A stretch of DNA of 64,000 bases from an uncultured Acidimicrobiales bacterium. GTDB taxonomy: Bacteria > Actinomycetota > Acidimicrobiia > Acidimicrobiales > SHLQ01. The stretch is taken from NCBI GenBank assembly GCA_938041035.1, contig CALHYX010000042.1, forward strand, positions 2,731-66,730, read 5' to 3'. Under the pieces are notes generated by a model. The model was not told where the DNA came from, did no database searches, and saw only the letters and a program-made list of their open reading frames with translations. Positions 61,690-64,000 of the stretch are shown in pieces; the stretch's first letter is position 1; each line of letters opens with the position of its first letter. Made by a program: the position numbers and the translations under genes.

Positions 61690-63002
61690 CAGCGATCGAC
61701 CTCACCCATGATTGGATCGACGGTGGAAATGTTGGCCACGGCGTCGGCGATCAATCCGTCCTGCATCAGGTAGGGCAGGCACTGGAGGTTGACGAAACTC
61801 GGGGCCCGGATGTGCATGCGGTACGGGTGGCTGCCACCGTCGCTCACCATGTAGCAACCGAGCTCGCCGCGGGGCGACTCGACACCGACGTAGACCTCTC
61901 CCTCGGGCACCTTGTAGCCCTCGGTGAAGATTTTGAAGTGGTGGATCAACGCCTCCATCGACTCGTCGATGCGCGCCCGCGGTGGCGGGGTGATCTTCTT
62001 GTCCTGCACCCGCACGTCGCCGGCCGGCATCTTGTCGATGACCTGGCGCACGATGCGCATCGACTCGCGGATCTCGTTGAGGCGGATGGCGTAGCGGTCA
62101 AAGCAGTCGCCATAGCTACCGACCAGCACATCGAACTCGACCTCGTCGTAGGCGAGGTAGGGCTGATCGCGCCGCAGGTCCCACGCGTAACCGGTGCTGC
62201 GCAACAGCGGTCCGGTGACGCCGAGGGCGAGCGCCTCGGCCGAGTTCATGACGCCGACACCCTGGAGTCGGTCACGCCAGATCGGCTGACCGGTCATGAG
62301 CACGTCGTATTCCTCAAGGCGAGGCGGGATGATCTCGAGCAACCGCTCGACCTCGGCCTGCCAGCCGTCGGGCAGGTCGGCGGCGACACCGCCGGGGCGG
62401 ATGTAGTTGTGGTTCATCCGCAGGCCGGTGACCATCTCGAAGAAGCGCAGGATGTCCTCGCGCTCACGCCACCCGTAGATCATCATCGACACGGCACCGA
62501 GGTCCATGCCGTTGGTGGCCATGAACAGCAGGTTCGAGGCCATGCGGTTGAGCTCGCACATGAGCATGCGGATCCACGTCGCCCGTTCGGGCACCTCGAT
62601 ACCGACCAGTTCCTCGACGGCCAGCGAGAACACCAGCTCGTTGAACAGCGGTGCCGCGTAGTCCATCCGGGTGACGTTGGTCGGACCCTGGAGATAGGTG
62701 AGCTGCTCGCCGGTCTTTTCCATGCCGGTGTGCAGATAGCCAATGACGGGCTTGGACCGGCGAACGGTTTCGCCCTCGAGTTCGAGCATCAGACGGAGCA
62801 CGCCATGGGTACTCGGATGCGACGGACCCATGTTGATGAACATGCGCTCGTCGTCGACATCGATCGGCGCGTCCGGGCCCATCTCGCCGAGGCGCGCCAT
62901 CGCCGACTCCGACAGGCGCAGGACGGCGCTCTCGCGAGCGCGGACGCGCGCGTCGGTGAGCTCGGGCAGAGTGTCGGTTTCGGTCTTGTCGGTGATCGCC
63001 AT
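61689..63002 (-). CDS. nuoD: NADH-quinone oxidoreductase subunit D (operon 2)
   Basis: GPSHPSTHGVLR, GYLHTGMEK and GEVDR motifs. Confidence 0.96.
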   Translation of the reverse strand: MAITDKTETDTLPELTDARVRARESAVLRLSESAMARLGEMGPDAPIDVDDERMFINMGPSHPSTHGVLRLMLELEGETVRRSKPVIGYLHTGMEKTGEQLTYLQGPTNVTRMDYAAPLFNELVFSLAVEELVGIEVPERATWIRMLMCELNRMASNLLFMATNGMDLGAVSMMIYGWREREDILRFFEMVTGLRMNHNYIRPGGVAADLPDGWQAEVERLLEIIPPRLEEYDVLMTGQPIWRDRLQGVGVMNSAEALALGVTGPLLRSTGYAWDLRRDQPYLAYDEVEFDVLVGSYGDCFDRYAIRLNEIRESMRIVRQVIDKMPAGDVRVQDKKITPPPRARIDESMEALIHHFKIFTEGYKVPEGEVYVGVESPRGELGCYMVSDGGSHPYRMHIRAPSFVNLQCLPYLMQDGLIADAVANISTVDPIMGEVDR

Positions 63003-63008
63003 GTCTAC

Positions 63009-63587
63009 CTACCGGTTGGTGGGGGCACCCTTGAACTGCACGGGAATGCGGCCCACGGCGTAGTCTTTTCGCAACGGATGGCCCACCCAGTCCTCGGGCA
63101 TCAGGATGCGGGTCGGGTCGGGGTGGTCATCGAACACCACACCGAACATGTCGTAGGTCTCGCGTTCGAGGGTTTCGCAGCCGGGCCAGATGTCGAACAA
63201 CGACGGTATGTGCGGATCGGCCTCGGGCACCTGGACCCGCATGCGAATCCGTTCGCCCCGGGCATGGTTGATCAGGTTGACGACCACCTCGAAGCGTTCG
63301 GGTTGGACCGGCGTCGGCAGCGTGCGCCCGGCGTGGGTGAGGTAGTCGACGCCGCAGACGTCGAGCAGCATCACAAAGCCGTCGGCGCGCAGCGCTTCGG
63401 CCGTGGCGAGGTACTCCTCGCGGCTGGGATGCAGCACCCGCTGGCCACGCGACTCGGTGACCGGAACGCCGAAGGCGAGCTCTACCGGTTCCGGCTCGGG
63501 CTCGGGCTCGGTCATCGCATCGGTCGCGTCGGTCGCGTCGTCCGTTGCGGCCTCGTCAGCCGCGGTGTCCTCGTCGTTCTCCGCCAC
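63009..63587 (-). CDS. nuoC: NADH-quinone oxidoreductase subunit C (operon 2)
   Basis: ERETYDMFG and GHPLRKDY motifs; GTG start 63587. Confidence 0.93.
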   Translation of the reverse strand: MAENDEDTAADEAATDDATDATDAMTEPEPEPEPVELAFGVPVTESRGQRVLHPSREEYLATAEALRADGFVMLLDVCGVDYLTHAGRTLPTPVQPERFEVVVNLINHARGERIRMRVQVPEADPHIPSLFDIWPGCETLERETYDMFGVVFDDHPDPTRILMPEDWVGHPLRKDYAVGRIPVQFKGAPTNR

Positions 63588-63589
63588 GG

Positions 63590-64000
63590 TCAGGCGCTTC
63601 CGAGGCTCACGGGGCTGACCTGGCCGTCGCGCTGTTCGATGACGAGTTCGGCGCCGCCGCCGGTCTCGTGGCGACGTCGGGTGATCTCGCCGTCCTGGAT
63701 CTTGTCGTGGAGGGTCAAGATGGCGTGCATCAGGGTCTCGGGTCCGGGCGGGCAACCCGGCGCGTAGACATCGACGGGCACGATCTGGTCGACACCCTGC
63801 ACGATGGCGTAGTTGTTGAACATGCCGCCCGACGAGGCGCACACGCCCATGGAGATGACCCACTTGGGTTCCATCATCTGGTCATAGATCTGACGGAGCA
63901 CCGGGGCCATCTTCTGTGAGACCCGGCCGGCGACGATCATCAGGTCGGCCTGACGAGGCGACGCCCGGAAGACCTCCATGCCGTATCGGGCGAGGTCGTA
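63590..64000 (-). CDS. nuoB: NADH-quinone oxidoreductase subunit B (operon 2), 3' part; start beyond the window
   Basis: [19 protein letters not shown] and [10 protein letters not shown] motifs; frame open to the window end. Confidence 0.94.
   Translation of the reverse strand, partial: YDLARYGMEVFRASPRQADLMIVAGRVSQKMAPVLRQIYDQMMEPKWVISMGVCASSGGMFNNYAIVQGVDQIVPVDVYAPGCPPGPETLMHAILTLHDKIQDGEITRRRHETGGGAELVIEQRDGQVSPVSLGSA

Overview
High-GC actinobacterial chromosome segment. The gene content and style suggest Acidimicrobiia, which is an inference. It is almost fully coding. From left to right it carries: glycogen genes (partial glgA, glgX); a TetR-controlled MmpL plus carotenoid-oxygenase unit; a dynamin-like GTPase pair; an acyl-CoA dehydrogenase; a large secreted Zn-phospholipase C/P1-fold protein with FN3 domains; an FMN glutamate-synthase-family gene; yccA; a DsbA/FrnE-family gene with an in-frame TGA at the first CxxC position followed by a SECIS-like hairpin (probable selenoprotein, split by the ORF track); the rpmG-tRNA-secE-nusG-rplKAJL cluster with four tRNAs and an inserted ECF sigma/ZAS anti-sigma pair; yajQ, acs and mscL; a tiny BldD-C-terminal-like ORF; and a MidA/NDUFAF7 methyltransferase. 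It then carries two complex I operons: an 11-subunit version lacking NuoEFG, and a canonical one running off the right edge. Between them lie a sortase-type surface protein and a lipoprotein with seven neocarzinostatin-like domains. The most notable points are the UGA-recoded oxidoreductase, the pairing of MidA with the only NuoD paralog that keeps the methylatable Arg, a 154-aa helical insertion in NuoL, and loss of the N7 cluster motif in NuoG. No CRISPR array, rRNA or mobile element was seen. All family assignments come from motif recognition by eye; no database searches were run.
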